Source of the DNA: Tubiluchus corallicola
Taxonomy: Eukaryota > Animalia > Priapulida
Reading direction: 5' to 3'
DNA: 64,000 nucleotides
NCBI GenBank assembly: GCA_030141605.1
Contig: JAQGDQ010000692.1
Location: 1 to 64,000 of the forward strand
Of the stretch, positions 51,801 through 64,000 are shown in pieces. A program made the translations under genes and the position numbers. Within the stretch, counting starts at the first letter, position 1. Every line of letters starts with the position of its first letter. Below the pieces are notes generated by a model, which worked only from the letters and a program-made list of their open reading frames with translations, was not told the origin of the DNA and ran no database searches.

Positions 51801-52741
51801 TCACGATACGATACATATCGCGATACTAACCTCACGATAAGATACATATCGCGATACTAACCTCACGATAAGATACGTATCATGCTACACATTGAGTTAA
51901 CGTCTGCAGGTTTTAATAAAAAGAACTAGATTATGTTGTTGATATATTATATGTATATATTAGATTCACCAAGCAATTTTAATTTTGGTAAGTGCTAAAA
52001 TAATTCAGCGAATTGTTTGATTTCTGTTTATGCTCTTGTATTATTTGCATTGTAAGCCACCAGAAATGCAAAACATTTCAATACTTTTTGATTTAAAATA
52101 TGCAGGCACATTTTCTAGTTCACATTTGCTGCAAGCCACTTCAGAAACTTATAAACAGCAACGTAATTAGCCTATGATACATTATTATAACACATTGCCT
52201 TCCTTTGGCTGGTTGCTAGCAGCAGGTCTGTCTGTGTCTGTGGCAAATTTTTTTAACTTTCATACAAGTGGAGGGTTTTCTTGTACTTTAAGTCCTTGTA
52301 CTAAACTCCATCTTCAGGGAATCAATGTACATGTTAGCGCAATCTCTTACAGTTTGGCTTGGTTCTGGTTTCAGTTACAGCAGGCTGTTGCTAATATTAT
52401 ATACAATAAACTCTGTTTTATTCAGTTTAGTGTAGACCCACTAAGTGTAAAACTGCAGTTTCATAACTAGCAGAAATCTTCATTCCAAAAAACTGCAGGT
52501 AATTCCTTGGCCTGAATTTGATGTATGAGCATGGAAAATATTAAATTAGGGATTTATATATTGTTCTTCAAAATTGAAAGCATTACTTAAAGTGTCAGCC
52601 ACTTCATGTTTGTTTCAGAAGCTTCACAATATTATGAAGGAAGCATGGGACAAGGAAGGGTCTCCTTTTAGAGGACAGCCATTTGACCCATCAAAGCTCA
52701 AGTTTAACTTGGGTGGTTCTCTAAACTTGGACACACATTAA
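48839..52741 (+). CDS. NUDCD3: NudC domain-containing protein 3-like (CS/p23 domain plus C-terminal region only), 4 coding exons, ~190 aa
   Basis: Phase-0 exons 48839-48961 (YNGAVRKNYSWSQSIADVDVRIPVP), 49948-50085 (GKLCWKINKEESMWTL), 51487-51675 (ERWWDALLEGEEKID...YDHHQKLRGKP), 52619-52741 (AWDKEGSPFRGQPFDP, stop). Start codon is inferred. Confidence 0.88.
49270..49880 (+). mobile_element. Dispersed repeat family F (TTAA-flanked, Kolobok-like)
   Basis: Begins TTAAAGCAAAACCGGACCCAATCTTAAACTG; homologous to 15865-16200 and 30832-31377. Confidence 0.65.
50101..50457 (+). mobile_element. TIR element family D, copy 2
   Basis: Ends ACCCTCATATCT / AGATATGAGTGT; interior matches 11052-11356 in reverse. 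Confidence 0.7.
51683..51890. repeat. Minisatellite, 31-bp unit x~6, starting 7 nt after a NUDCD3 donor
   Basis: ACGATA(A/C)GATACATATCGCGATACTAACCTC repeated; begins TAGGGCT, like a hAT end. Confidence 0.92.
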
Positions 52742-53675
52742 TGCTACTAATGTTATTATTTTTCCAAGCACAAAGCAGTTTTTTTAAAGCGTGAATATAT
52801 ACCTCTTGCACTTTTCTATCTGTTTACATAGTTATAAAAATATTGAAACAATCAAAGTGCATTTTAAACAAAATTGATATTATTTTTGATACCTTTGATG
52901 CACTTATTAGTATCATTTTTGTCCTTGAAGTTGAAAGTTACTGACAATTTTGGTTGCTGTACATTATCAGTTTTTCATTTTACTCTTAAAATACTGAATA
53001 CTTCTCACAAGGTCGAAAAACTTTGTGTCTTACCAGCCTGCCTAACTTCGGGTATCACCGGATTATATCGACAGATTGAACATTCACTCCTCAAAACAGT
53101 GATCCGACTATTTGGCAAACTTCAGCAGGCATAGATTTGACCTGCTTATGACGTATTTAATGAAGGACTAGACGCTTACGTGAACTGTATATGACCTTTT
53201 TAAAAAAGTATGAATAGTCGTACGTAACAACTGGCAATCCTTGAGAAGACTCTGTCACAATATGGAGTGCAAAAAATATCAGATAAAGTGAATTTAAAAG
53301 TTAAAACAAGAATTTTTTATTAAAAATCAAACAGTGCTCGAATACAAAATTAAAATTTTAAGTCTTAACAGCTCAAACATTCACATACTAACATCGATAG
53401 GAGTAATACTTGAATACTAATTAAATCACTAATTAAATAACTAAGTATCTCAGGAATTTAATAATCAATACATTCCAGGAACAAAGAATAACACCACAAT
53501 ACTGGCAATAGTATCATTAATAAATGGCAGTGATAATTTCGCTTCACACTAACAGATGCCCTCATTATGAACACAAAAATTGGCCGGTCTCTGTCAGATC
53601 ACGGCAAGGTCCGCTAGACCTAGCAATATTGCAGTTGAAACTCCTAGGAGTGCATTACATATCTCGCAATTGGCA

Positions 53676-54540
53676 TCCAGAATGAGGGGGGCACTAGATG
53701 CTAGCCATCCAGTGAGAGAGGGGCACTAGATGCCAGCCATCCAGTGTGAGAGGTACTAGACTCCAGCCATCCAGTATAAGGGGGGCACTAAATGCCAGGT
53801 CTCATGATTGGCATCTAATGTGAGAGGGGTACTAGACACCGAGCTTCCAGTGTGAAGGGGCACTAGACACCGAGCTTCCAGTGTGAGGGGACACTAGACA
53901 CCGAGCTTCCAGTGTGAGGGGGCACTAGACACCGAGCTTCCAGCGTGAGGGGGCACTAGACACCGAGCTTCCAGTGTGAGGGGGCACTAGACACTGAGCT
54001 TCCAGTGTGAGGGGGCACTAGACACCGAGCTTCCAGTGTGAGGGGGCACTAGATACCGAGCTTTCAGTGTGAGGGGACACTAGACACCGAGCTTCCAGTG
54101 TGAGGGGGCAATAGACACCGAGCTTCCAGTGTGAGGGGGCACTAGACACCGAGCTTTCAGTGTGAGGGGGCACTAGATACCGAGCTTTCAGTGTGAGGGG
54201 GCACTAGACACCGAGCTTCCAGTGTGAGGGGGCACTAGATACCGAGCTTCCAGTGTGAGGGGGCACTAGACACCGAGCTTCCAGTGTGAGGGGGCACTAG
54301 ATACCGAGCTTCCAGTGTGAGAGGTACTAGACTCCAGCCATCCAGTATAAGGGGGGCACTAAATGCCAGGTCTCATGATTGGCATCTAATGTGAGAGGGG
54401 TACTAGACACCGAGCTTCCAGTGTGAGGGGGCACTAGACACCGAGCTTCCAGTGTGAGGGGGCACTAGACACCGAGCTTCCAGCGTGATGGGGCACTAGA
54501 TACCGAGCTTTCAGTGTGAGGGGGCACTAGACGCGAGGCT
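53676..54540. repeat. G-rich minisatellite, 31-bp unit x~27
   Basis: GAGCTTCCAGTGTGAGGGGGCACTAGACACC repeated; a divergent 3-unit block occurs twice (~53745-53835, ~54315-54405). Confidence 0.97.
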
Positions 54541-54979
54541 TCCTGTTGCCTAAAGAGTTACAGTTACTGCCATTGTATACAATTATTATAAGATAATACT
54601 CAACACCCCGTTTTTTCTATCTCATGTAATAATTATGTGACTAGTCTAATTTCTCTGACACTGATGCCGCACATGAAGGATGCAATGCAAGGTTTGTCAG
54701 AGAAAGACTAAATTATACATATATATACCTAAAGCTAAAAATTAATACACTAAACTATTGAGTATGCTCTATTATGCAGTTTGACAAATATAATCTCAAG
54801 TCTCATTTAAAACAACTAATTAGATAAATTCTAATAACATAATTAATATCAAACTAATTTTAAAACTGAACTAACTTAGCAACGAAGACAGATATATTAA
54901 TAACGCTATAAACATAAAGAGTAAAACTTCTACTTTCCTGTATTACTTGGAAATGGACTAGAACTGACCGTGTTTCAAA

Positions 54980-57900
54980 TCAATAAAAGTAGCCAAACAA
55001 ACCGACACTGTGCACTCCGCCTTTAACGCCACGATTGCTGTACAGCGAAGCAGGTTTAGCGCTGTATCCCCACTGATCAACAGGAGTGACAAGCGCGCCG
55101 TTAGACAATACACTGGGAACGACGAAATCCGTGCTAAAATTTCCAGACAATTTGAAGCGTTCGAACGAGGTGTATGCATTGAAAACGGGTTCCACGCACG
55201 ACGTGTAGTTTGTATCCGCACATTTGGTCATCACGCACAGCTCAAAGTGGAGCGATTCACTCTGCCTCGTGAATACGCGATCGGCAACTAGCAAGGCATA
55301 CAGCTCAGACTTCATACCAGATTTGACTGCATACTCAAAAGTGCAGCACAAATTGTTATCACAGACGGTTACGGCATCTGACGATTTGAGCAAAAGTCCA
55401 ACCGAGAACTTCAGGCCTAATTTAGACAGCTTCTTAATCTCAACATTTCCGGTTGCCTGTGTCCCTTCCTCAGACGTTGATTGAGACTGTACGTGGTCTT
55501 CTACTGTATGCGTTGTTACCTTCTGGGGAAATGCCAACGATGAGTCTAACTTCTGCGGTTTGCACGGAAGCTCACTGACCACGAGTTTGCCTTTGCCAAT
55601 TACATGATTATATGTATGTGCTAACGGACCTTTTAATCCACTGTAAATTCCACTGCCGGAGAATGCAGGATAGACTGAGTGTTTTCCATAGTGTATGTTG
55701 GCAGATAACATGTTAACGCCGGTCCTAAGTGCCCATCCCGGATGAACTTGAGTTGCGGCAGATACTGGAAGGTAGTCGGGCCAAGCTGTCGAAAATACTA
55801 CATTATCAATGCCTTCTGTTTTGAGAATTTTCAACGAAGTATCAGGAAATAAAAGGTCGAAGCAGATGATCACAGCAAAACGACCAAATTTGGTTTCAAA
55901 CACGGGCAGTGGATCACTCAGGGGTCGCCGGTTTATGTGTGGCTCGTCATAAGGGTGACGTTTTCTCGATTTTCCCATCAGCCTCCCTTCCTCGTCTATC
56001 ACCAGATTTGCGTTATACAGCCAGAAACCATCATCAGGGCATCCCGCATCTTCATCGTTGTCGCATCTACTAATTTCCATTACATTAGCTACAACGGTGA
56101 TAGAGTTGTTCATTGCGGCACAGCTTAAGGTGTTGAGGAGAGCATTTTGTCCCGGGTTTGAGCAGAAGTTGTACGATTCCCCACGAGGGTCGGGTACGGT
56201 TGTTCCAAATGCGGCAAACGCTTCTCTAGTGGCATCTTTATGGTGTTCCGGTATGCCAACTAAACCGTATTCCGGGAAAACAATTATGTTAGCACCCTGT
56301 AATAAAATTTATAAAATTGAAATTAGCCTTTGTCGCAGATCACTGCCAAGCTTACTAGCGGTTGTTTTGTTACGCTCATGCAAGAACACATGTAACAAGG
56401 TGTAGCAGGGTGGATGTACACACACTATAACTTTAGAATAGTAGTATTCTGAGAGACAAAAGTCTAGAAGCAATTTGCATTCAGAGAAACATGGAATTAA
56501 AACTTCTGTAACTAATGATCATTCAGTTGTTGGTTTATCAATGTTATACATTGGTTGGTACAGTTTGAGTACTTTGCAAAATGTTCTGGGTTGGCTCACA
56601 AATTTTCAAGAAGGGTAGCGTTTTCGGCAGGTCAAATTAAGTCAATTCAAAATTTAGCAAAAAGCACGGAAGAAACATCCTCACCAGTGACCGCTAATTA
56701 CATACTAATTTCAGGCTCATCTGTTTTACTTTCAACAAATTATAATGAATATAGCAGTAATGTTACTCCAATATGGAAAAATGCATTTACTTTTTTAATC
56801 AAGAAATGGGCGCATTACCCATTAAGTTAATAACCTTAGGCCAGGGGTGTGCAAATTGCGGCCCGCTGAGAGAATTTGAGCGGCTCGGGTGATTAATTGA
56901 GTGTGTCCAGCTGAAGTCCGTGCCACGATCCCAAAGATAGTGCGGGTAGTTTTTTCTACTAGATCGGATGCCATTAACCCTTACAAGACGGTTGTAGCTT
57001 AATGTCACTGTAGTACACAAACTGTGTGATACACATTACTAATATGCATTGTAATGAAATTACCACTATCTGTCCTGAAAGTAGAAATATATGGTTTGTA
57101 ATATAAATTTTAATAACTTCTAAAATAGTTTCTTGAGTGTAGTAGTAATGATGTACGCAGGTCGGATGCAAAAAATCGTTATTAGGCCTTTCTGTACTTG
57201 GGTCCTTGATCAAACTGCCTGTGGCTCGCAGGAATTGCGGGAAAGTTTAATGTGGCCCGGCTAGTCAGATAATTTGCACACCCCTGCCTTAGGCCTCAGA
57301 ATCCTGAAACAAATAACCAATTAAACAGACAATATGTTATTTCAGTAGACACGATAACAAAATTATTTAAACTGAACACGTGAAATACGACCATATTTAT
57401 TTTTATTTTTCATACACTGCTAGTAAGCACTTGAGCGATTGAGCCTACGTTACACACAAAATAGACCCACGTTAGACCCACACATTTCAACGCAGAACCT
57501 AGGTCATTTGGCCACATATGCCATTTAGACACAAGAATTTGACCTTTATACAGTAGGACATGTACAGCATATTTTTTGTTTCCAACGTGCTCATCAGAAG
57601 CAACCTCGATGACAGACAAACAAAATCATTCCCATTTATCACGACTAATGACAAAAGCTCTTGATAAGTCTGTACACAATTTGAAGAAGAACTCCATAAC
57701 ATTTTTAACAGCTTCTGAGAAATTTGACAGCAATCTGACCAATCCGGGATAGTTCGATATTTATTAATTTTAAAGGTTAGATTTAACCAAATAGATGCAC
57801 ATTTGTGCTCATATTTTGCTGTGTGAATAAACTTCAGGATCAGCAGTTTCGCACAATAAACCTTTTCACAGTTTTGTTGTGTGCACGCACAGCTGCTGTA

Positions 57901-58596
57901 AGTCAAAGGTTAAGTGTACGCCGGCAACGCGTTTTTAATATAACCGTCATGTGACATGTGTGTAAAGTATCAGTCGTATCAGTTCAGCAACTTCACTTGT
58001 CTTACGTGTACTTTATTCAATTATGCATTAGTCTGTGCATAGAATGATTTACTAGCAGGACCTTACTTGAAAAGCAAGAAAAAATGAACTAGGTAAGGTT
58101 CGAACTAGTTGTTAAAACTGTTACTATTACAGTGGCTTGGGCTGCAAGCTGCTGTCAGGTGTAAACAAATGCGTTGTCTGGTACACTTAACCTTTGACCT
58201 TTTCACAATCATCATCAATTGCTGGAACGGTGAAAAGGCTTATAGGATGTAGAGTTGTGCATAGCTTATAAGTTTAGGTCCTTCGTTTATTTGACAGCCT
58301 TAGGCCCGCAAAGCCCTTAATGCACCCCTGTCGAGGAGTAAGATTCATCTTTACAAAGAAAGCCTTACCTCTGAAGCAGCCTGGCGAACTTGAGAGACAT
58401 AGACATCCAAGTTTTTCATCAGAGTTTTTTGAGGTGTTTGTTGTGCAGTAACCGGGGAATGCTCATAAACGGCAGCTTTGTAAGTGCACTGGTCGTTTTT
58501 GGATTCCTCCGATCTTGTGCAGTAGCTTGAAAGTAGCAGTACAAGACATACTAGACATGCCATATTGAAACGGGAAGTGGACCTTGAATACTCCAT
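54980..58596 (-). CDS. Biotinidase/vanin (pantetheinase)-family carbon-nitrogen hydrolase, 2 coding exons, ~500-515 aa, secreted
   Basis: Exon 58596 (or ATG 58563)-58369: signal peptide, YKAAVYEH, NLDVY. Exon 56296-54980: GANIIVFPEYG (Glu), KSRKRHPY (Lys), FGRFAVIICFDLLF (Cys), STAW, GSGIY, base domain ending GLFGYFY. Confidence 0.92.
56842..57286 (-). mobile_element. hAT-type MITE family A, copy 3
   Basis: TIR CAGGGGTGTGCAAATT at both ends, 8-bp TSD CCTTAGGC. Confidence 0.92.
57855..58243 (-). mobile_element. Family B TIR element, copy 4 (reverse)
   Basis: Reverse-complement homologue of 1219-1604. Confidence 0.85.
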
Positions 58597-58802
58597 TCCT
58601 GCAATATCACAATAACACCTGTGTGAGAGGGTACTAGACTTCAGGTAGCCAGCATAAGGGGGGCACTAAATGCCAGGCATCCAGTATGAGGGGGTACTAG
58701 ATGCCACTTGAATACTCCATTCCTGCAATATCACCTGTAGCAGACTTAGCCTTTTTTTGTTAAATTTGTTTGCAAATTCGTGCATGAGGCGCCATCTGTG
58801 GT

Positions 58803-59040
58803 GGGAATGTAAAGCTTTTGGTTTTGGTCAGTTTTTCAGTTTGTTACCTGCTAGTCACCTGTCTGTTTTACTCACCTGTGCTCTGAACAGTCAGGTTAAT
58901 CCACTTTATGGGATATGTAAGACTGTGGCGGGAATGTAAAGCTTTTGGTTTTGGTCAGTTTTTCAGTTTGTTACCGCTAGTCACCTGTCTGTTTTACTCA
59001 CCTGTGCTCTGAACAGTCAGGTTAATCCACTTTATGGGAT
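58803..59040. repeat. Tandem duplication, 127-bp period x~2
   Basis: GGGAATGTAAAGCTTTTGG at 58803 and 58930. Confidence 0.93.
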
Positions 59041-62035
59041 CTGTTGGACATTTATGTACTGATTATGTTACAATAGAGCATTCAGTGGTATTAACCTCTG
59101 TTGACAGTGTTTCTGTGACTACATCACCAATGATTTAGGTTTCCTAACAAGTGACTGTATGAAAGTGAATGTTGAGGTTTTGAGCAAGAAGTATGCATTT
59201 TAAGACTGCAAGAGTTGCGTAACTAAGGTTCAGTACTAAACTGATGTGAATTTAACGGCTGTTAAAGCTGCTTGACTCAAGGTCAAGTTATAAGTGGCAG
59301 CCAATCATAGTCTAACTGTCCAGTAATATTAAGTGGGAAGCGTAGGTGGGCTGCGTGGGTGCATATTTCTCTTATCAACAGATATCTAATTAATCAGTAT
59401 TTCACAAGATTTCTTCTCCACGTTGTGTTACCCAAAAGTAAAAGTTTTGCAAGATACCTTCGTAGAACTACACCTGACGGCTAATGCAGCAAAAATAATA
59501 ATATTTTATCACTGATTAAAATCAACTAGGAAACAAAATAGAAGTTACACAGTAGAATGGGTTCCACGTTTCATATTAATGAACCTTGCCTTATTGCCAA
59601 CCTCGCTATAGCACCACCTTTAGTGGTGTCCCAGACCTGGCGTTGTAACGAGGTTTGACTGTAGTTGGCTGATCACTGTTAATACTTGGATTTGAATTCA
59701 CTTTCTGATAGAGAGTGCGCACCCATACTATCTGTAGAGGAGTTTTGCGTCCCGGGGCAACAAATTCTAAAGTAAAGATTTTACTTTTATTTCTGCCAAA
59801 CCCGGCGACAATGGCGAGCACCCGCGTATGTTTTCATTGTTTTGAAAAAACTTAGCAACTGTTGGGTATGAAAATTTTGAGATATTTGCCGAATGTCACG
59901 ATCCCTGTGAAATCCTGTCTTAACCTCAAGTACGTCCAACTTAAAAATATTGAAATTCGACATAAACGCGTGCATGGTGTATTCGTAGTTTCGTATTACG
60001 CCTTGAAATTGATGGTTTCAAGTTTAGGGTAACAAAAATACCTTTAAATTAAAAATGTAACGAAAAAAACCCAAATCAATTCTAATTACAGCAGCGTCAG
60101 CAATACAGTCGTTCTTTAGAATCTAATAAATTCTAGGTTGATTTCACTCTCCTCTGTTGCGCTACACCTACGACAAGCGACAAAAACAAGACAGTTCAAT
60201 ACGAAAACGATGTTATCGCTGCTGTCCTAAATTCAAAATGGCGGACAAAAAAACCTTCAGACGATGCATAATTAGCTGTTCCATATCCGTCTGAAGTTTC
60301 ATGATTGGCAGAGTCCTGTGTTGTTTTCAAAAGGTTAGTCGTTCGTGTATGAGAAATAAACTTAAATCAAACACCAACAATAACAACATCCAGAAAAGTC
60401 CCTTGACACTCGGTCCTCGACCAAAAAAATCCCACCTCGTAAGTTGTTGTTGCAAGATTAGGATAAAAGTTTAATGTGTCTGAATGTACAGGTTACCACT
60501 GACAGATGCCTCTTCATATAATTAAGGAGTCGTGCACAGGAAGAAAAATGCTGTTATTATTATTCCTTTTCTCTGTAGACCAAGGGTGACGCCATAATAA
60601 TTGGTGCAACTCCTTGTTATGCACTAATAATTATTCTCATTTCCAGTAGCTGGGCTCGGTTTTGACTGACTCACCACTAAAGTTTATCATTCTCAACAAT
60701 TTCCTCATCGCATGACACATTCACATATTATGATATGCTTTTCTTATTTATGCTGTGCATAGTTAATGGCAATTAGTATTCTTTATCAATTACTTTGAAA
60801 TCTATGCATTTAAGCATGCAGCATAATTAGTATTCTAACCATGCTGTACTTCCTTACAAGTATCAAATTACGATGCTATTATATTTCCGAAACACATGCA
60901 CAGCAAAATTTAACAAAAGTATTGCATTTACTTTAATACTAGTATAACATCCATATTCTATGTAGTTTAATAAAAGAAAGCTTATCTTCTGGAGTGACCG
61001 TTAATCATCAAAATTTGGTTTGCCGTCCATTGATAAAAGAATAGGTTATATATCTTTCTCATCCAACTTTTTGTAAAGCTTTAGAATTGCTGCAACCTTT
61101 GACTTTGAAACAAACATCAACAAGCCAGCTACTAACTGTCAGTAACTGCCACAGTAAATTTTTGCATCGTCAATTCCAGTCATTGCATGGTATTATGGTT
61201 TCGAAAACAATGTTAAGTAATGAACAGAAAAGGTAGTGATGTCACTGTTGCCTTGACCTTTATGTTTTCATACCAAAAAGCAATGGTGTCCAGATGGGAC
61301 CAACACACCTGTTACATAAGCTTTTGTCTAACCTGATTCAAATGCAAAGAGTAACGTTGATGTCAGCTGAATTCCCCGGTCATTCTGTTTGGTTCTGCTC
61401 CCGACCATGCTCTTCAAGAGCTGCACCCCCCGGCAAAAGATTATTGCACAACCTGTAGCTTCATCTGTTTTACTGAGACCGTATTGGACCTTGTGATCTT
61501 AACCTGTGGGGCTATGACCTTTTGAACCTCAAATCAATGAATTTCCAGCCTTTGTGCAGGCCATCTGTCTGCTGATTATTGGTGGCTGATTATAACTCCA
61601 TCACGTTTGTTTTTATTACGCACGCAGCAAGTAAACAGACAGGCAGACAGGTAAATAAATGCCTCTACTACTGTTTTCACTATCGTCATGGGTAATAACA
61701 TCGTGTGTGTTCGTAATCTGCCTTGGGAATTAAGGAGATTGTTGATCTTGATGAAATTTTTTAGCCACAGCTAGTTTGAACTTTGCAGAACACGGCCGTG
61801 TTTAGAGGCGGTATCACTAACTGAAAATCAAACTACAACTGCGTTACAAAATATTATTATAATTATAATCATTTATTAGGATTATGCAGATTCATTCAGA
61901 TAAGCACATAAATAAAATTATTATAGATTACCACAACAGTGTAGCAGTAATGTAAAATCGCTGTGTGGAGTTGTATTTTTTGTTTTATTATAAGGTAAAG
62001 CAAATTTCCATCTGGATCAATATATTTTAGTCAAA

Positions 62036-62186
62036 TTTAATCTGATGTTATCTGATCTAATCCCACCCGATCCAGTCCAATCTATTCTAGTCCGATTTAA
62101 TCTAATCTAATCTAACGTGATCTAATCTAGTCTTGTCTCGTCTCATCTCATCTCGTCTTAACTAATCTGATCTAGTCTAATCTAAC
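62036..62186. repeat. Degenerate pentanucleotide microsatellite (TCTAA/TCTCA)n
   Basis: Runs of ATCTA/GTCTC-like pentamers. Confidence 0.8.
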
Positions 62187-62241
62187 AGTAACAACCACAG
62201 TGCAATTCCTGCAATAATAATATAATATGTTGTTTTTTTAG

Positions 62242-63562
62242 AAAACTGCTTGTCCAATCCTTGTAAGAATGGTGCTACATGCTTAGCTAGTTTCAGCACA
62301 TACACTTGTTTCTGCGCTGTGGGGTATGCTGGATCTAACTGCCAAGGTGTTATAATACCACGGAGAGGTTAGCTTGATGGTGTTGACTTTTTTACTGAAT
62401 AAAGATAAACTGAAGACGAGCATGGCCAAATCCCCCAAAGCTGAGTGTAGCTCTGAATTACCAGGAAACCTGTTTGATATCTTTATTGAGAATTACCTAT
62501 TTTTTCTCTCAGTTATTTCCGAAAAGTGGTGTGAAAAATATATTGTTAATGATACAATACAATGAAACAAGTGGGCATTGATACAAAGCTGGGCATAAGA
62601 TGAGGTGATAGCAACAATTTCTTTGTAGTAATGTGAACATTTCCTTCTGATAACGTTCCAAAAAGTGTGGGATTTGGGCTGTATGTTACCCAGGTGTCAC
62701 GCTGTGCAAGATCATGCTTTATTAAGACAGACTAGAATCTTGTCCGAGCACTGTCAAAGTGGTTCGAATCTTATGTGTCCAATTGCTATGAAATAGTCAT
62801 CTTAGATCGCAGATACTCTGACTAAACCTCAACTGATGCTTGCTCTTCTTCATGGCCCCATTCTTGGCCCCGTTTTATTGCTAATGTTTATTTATGATAT
62901 AATTGACAATGTAAGTATAGTAGTGATCGATTCTCAGCCGGTGATACTTCATTAACTGAAATTACTGAAAGCATCTTCTGTACTTGTTTTCATTAAGCAG
63001 ATGTCAGTTTTTCAGATTTTCTTGCAAAAACTTATTCATTGCTGGTTTTTCAAAAACCAAATAATTTGTGAGTGGGTAAATTGTGTAAATATATCTGTGC
63101 AGGTTTGTATGCAGTTATGTAAGTGTGAGCTATAACTATATGTATGTGTTGCATACGGTAGTTTTTTTTACTTATTCGAATTGCCATCTGTCCATTGTGT
63201 GCCACTGGAAAGGTGAGTTAATTACAACTTCCTCACCAGACTTTGTACAGAATATTAGCTCCGAAGCCTGAAATTTTCTACCTGCATTTCATCCTGACGA
63301 CTAAGATTTCACCCTGGAGAATTTACGGTTGACATATTTCTCACGTTGACATATTTTATGCGGATGTACTATAAACCAATTTGGAGTGATTTGGTGGTTC
63401 TGACAACTTTTTGATGAGTATATTGTTTCTACTTAGGAAAGAAAGATTGCTCACCTAATCCTTGTAAGAACGGAGGTGTATGTACAGCAACGTGTAACAG
63501 AAGTATCCATAGTTACTCTTGTTTTTGTCCTGAAGGTTTTACAGGAGTTAATTGTGGAATAG
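62242..63562 (+). CDS. EGF-like repeat protein, partial: two single-EGF exons, continues beyond the window
   Basis: Phase 1-1 exons of 126 nt: 62242-62367 (NCLSNPCKNGATCLASFSTYTCFCAVGYAGSNCQ) and 63437-63562 (DCSPNPCKNGGVCTATCNRSIHSYSCFCPEGFTGVNCG). Start exon not identified. Confidence 0.85.
62842..62960 (+). mobile_element. Degenerate LINE reverse-transcriptase remnant
   Basis: Translates HGPILGPVLLLMFIYDI, resembling the QGSILGPLLFLIYINDL RT motif. Confidence 0.5.
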
Positions 63563-64000
63563 GTAAAATTTTCTACTATATTAAAATATTGTTTTTAACA
63601 AATTTTAGAGTACGACAATTATCAGTTCTACAACATTTTGGACACGTCGTTTGGCTGTTCTGCACTAATGGTTAAATGCTTAACATTCGAAAAAGAAGCG
63701 TTCTAGAATTGAGCCTTTGTGTTGGTAACATAATCACAACACAAGTTTTATGAGGAATCATGATCATTCGTGGCCCAAGTCCTTTCATCTGCAGTCCCAT
63801 GACGTCGTTAGTGACGCCAAAGTAATTTACATGTCACCACATACACTTACAATTTTCACTTAGATCTATGCTTTAATATTACAACAACTCGTTCTATCAT
63901 AGAGATAGAACACATCAAATCAGTAACAGATGGATAGCACAGTTACTGTAGAACGTAGTTATTTGTCCCCGGTTTTCAAAATTGAATTGTATGAAATATT

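Overview
Animal (AT-rich, intron-containing, probably bilaterian invertebrate) genomic DNA, not prokaryotic. I reconstructed exons by eye from GT-AG boundaries and reading-frame phase. Protein-coding loci, left to right: the 3' part of a GH18 chitinase with a Thr-rich linker and CBM14 (+); a complete 9-exon prolylcarboxypeptidase PRCP (-); an intronless PDIA3/ERp57 ORF (+); an 8-exon FANCF-like gene (-) that the ORF track shows only as fragments; an intronless MPPE1/PGAP5 ORF nested on the same strand inside FANCF intron 1; a short NUDCD3-like gene lacking the N-terminal region, head-to-head with FANCF (+); a 2-exon biotinidase/vanin-family amidohydrolase (-); and two EGF-domain exons of a gene running off the right edge (+). 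Introns carry many unrelated minisatellites, several non-autonomous TIR transposon families (8-bp and 6-bp TSDs), LINE 3' remnants with a covarying stem-loop, and a tRNA-derived foldback element. The most notable architecture is the FANCF/MPPE1/NUDCD3 cluster. All protein identities come from motif recognition, not database searches.
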